Assembly: GCA_014905635.1 (NCBI GenBank)
Contig: JABVCE010000026.1
Span: forward strand, 310,001 to 374,000
Direction: 5' to 3'
Length of the DNA: 64,000 nt
DNA from: Scenedesmus sp. PABB004
Taxonomy: Eukaryota
Of this stretch, positions 63,771 through 64,000 are shown in pieces; position 1 is the first letter of the stretch, and each line of letters starts with the position of its first letter. The notes below the pieces were generated by a model. The model worked only from the letters and a program-made list of their open reading frames with translations, was not told where the DNA came from and searched no databases. The translations under genes were made by a program, and so were the position numbers.

Positions 63771-64000
63771 ATGCAGCGGGCGCTCGCGCGCGGCCCCGGG
63801 GCCTGGTGGCGCAGCAGCGAGCAGCGCGCTGCTCGCCCCGCCAGCCGGCGCCGCTGCTGCCCTGGCGCCCCGTGCGGCCCGCCCGTCGCTCGCTCGCGCG
63901 CGCCGGTGAGCGGGAGCAGGCAGAGCAGCAGCCTGCTGCGGACCCCGCGCCGCAGCGGTCGGCGGCGGCGCCGCCGCCGGCCGCGGCCACGAGCCTGGCG
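63771..64000 (+). CDS. Possible first exon of a further gene (transit-peptide-like), truncated by the window end
   Basis: GCCATG context at 63771, open Arg/Ala-rich frame MQRALARGPGAWWR..., and a GTGAGC donor-like site near 63906. Confidence 0.35.
   Translation, partial: MQRALARGPGAWWRSSEQRAARPASRRRCCPGAPCGPPVARSRAPVSGSRQSSSLLRTPRRSGRRRRRRRPRPRAW

Overview
Very GC-rich (by eye about 75-80%), gene-dense, intron-rich eukaryotic nuclear DNA. Gene content (plastid transit peptides, Mg-type ALAD, bestrophin-like, fibrillin, NAR1) and the G|GTGCGC...GCGCAG introns point to a chlorophyte green alga; I cannot fix the species. The six-frame ORFs are mostly GC shadow frames, so genes were rebuilt by splicing by hand. 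There are 21 protein-coding genes (the first runs off the left edge) plus a possible first exon at the right edge. In order: bacterial-type methyltransferase, Tctex1, secreted protein A, FNT/NAR1 channel, bestrophin-like channel, KCS, LON-N protein, small membrane protein, fibrillin, secreted protein B (paralog of A), DUF2993-like protein, Rif1, carnosine-synthase-like ATP-grasp ligase, Cys-rich secreted protein, ALAD, asparagine synthetase, coiled-coil protein, Cys-rich mastigoneme-like protein, plastid methyltransferase, CGI-58-like hydrolase, TMEM237. No rRNA, tRNA, CRISPR array or transposase was seen. Main leads: a pair of unassignable Cys-free secreted paralogs; a head-to-head FNT/bestrophin anion-channel pair; at least 17 GC-AG introns plus one apparent GA-AG intron inside a catalytic motif; a duplicated splice donor tied to a perfect hairpin; and a highly diverged Rif1. 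Family calls come from recalled motifs, not database searches.
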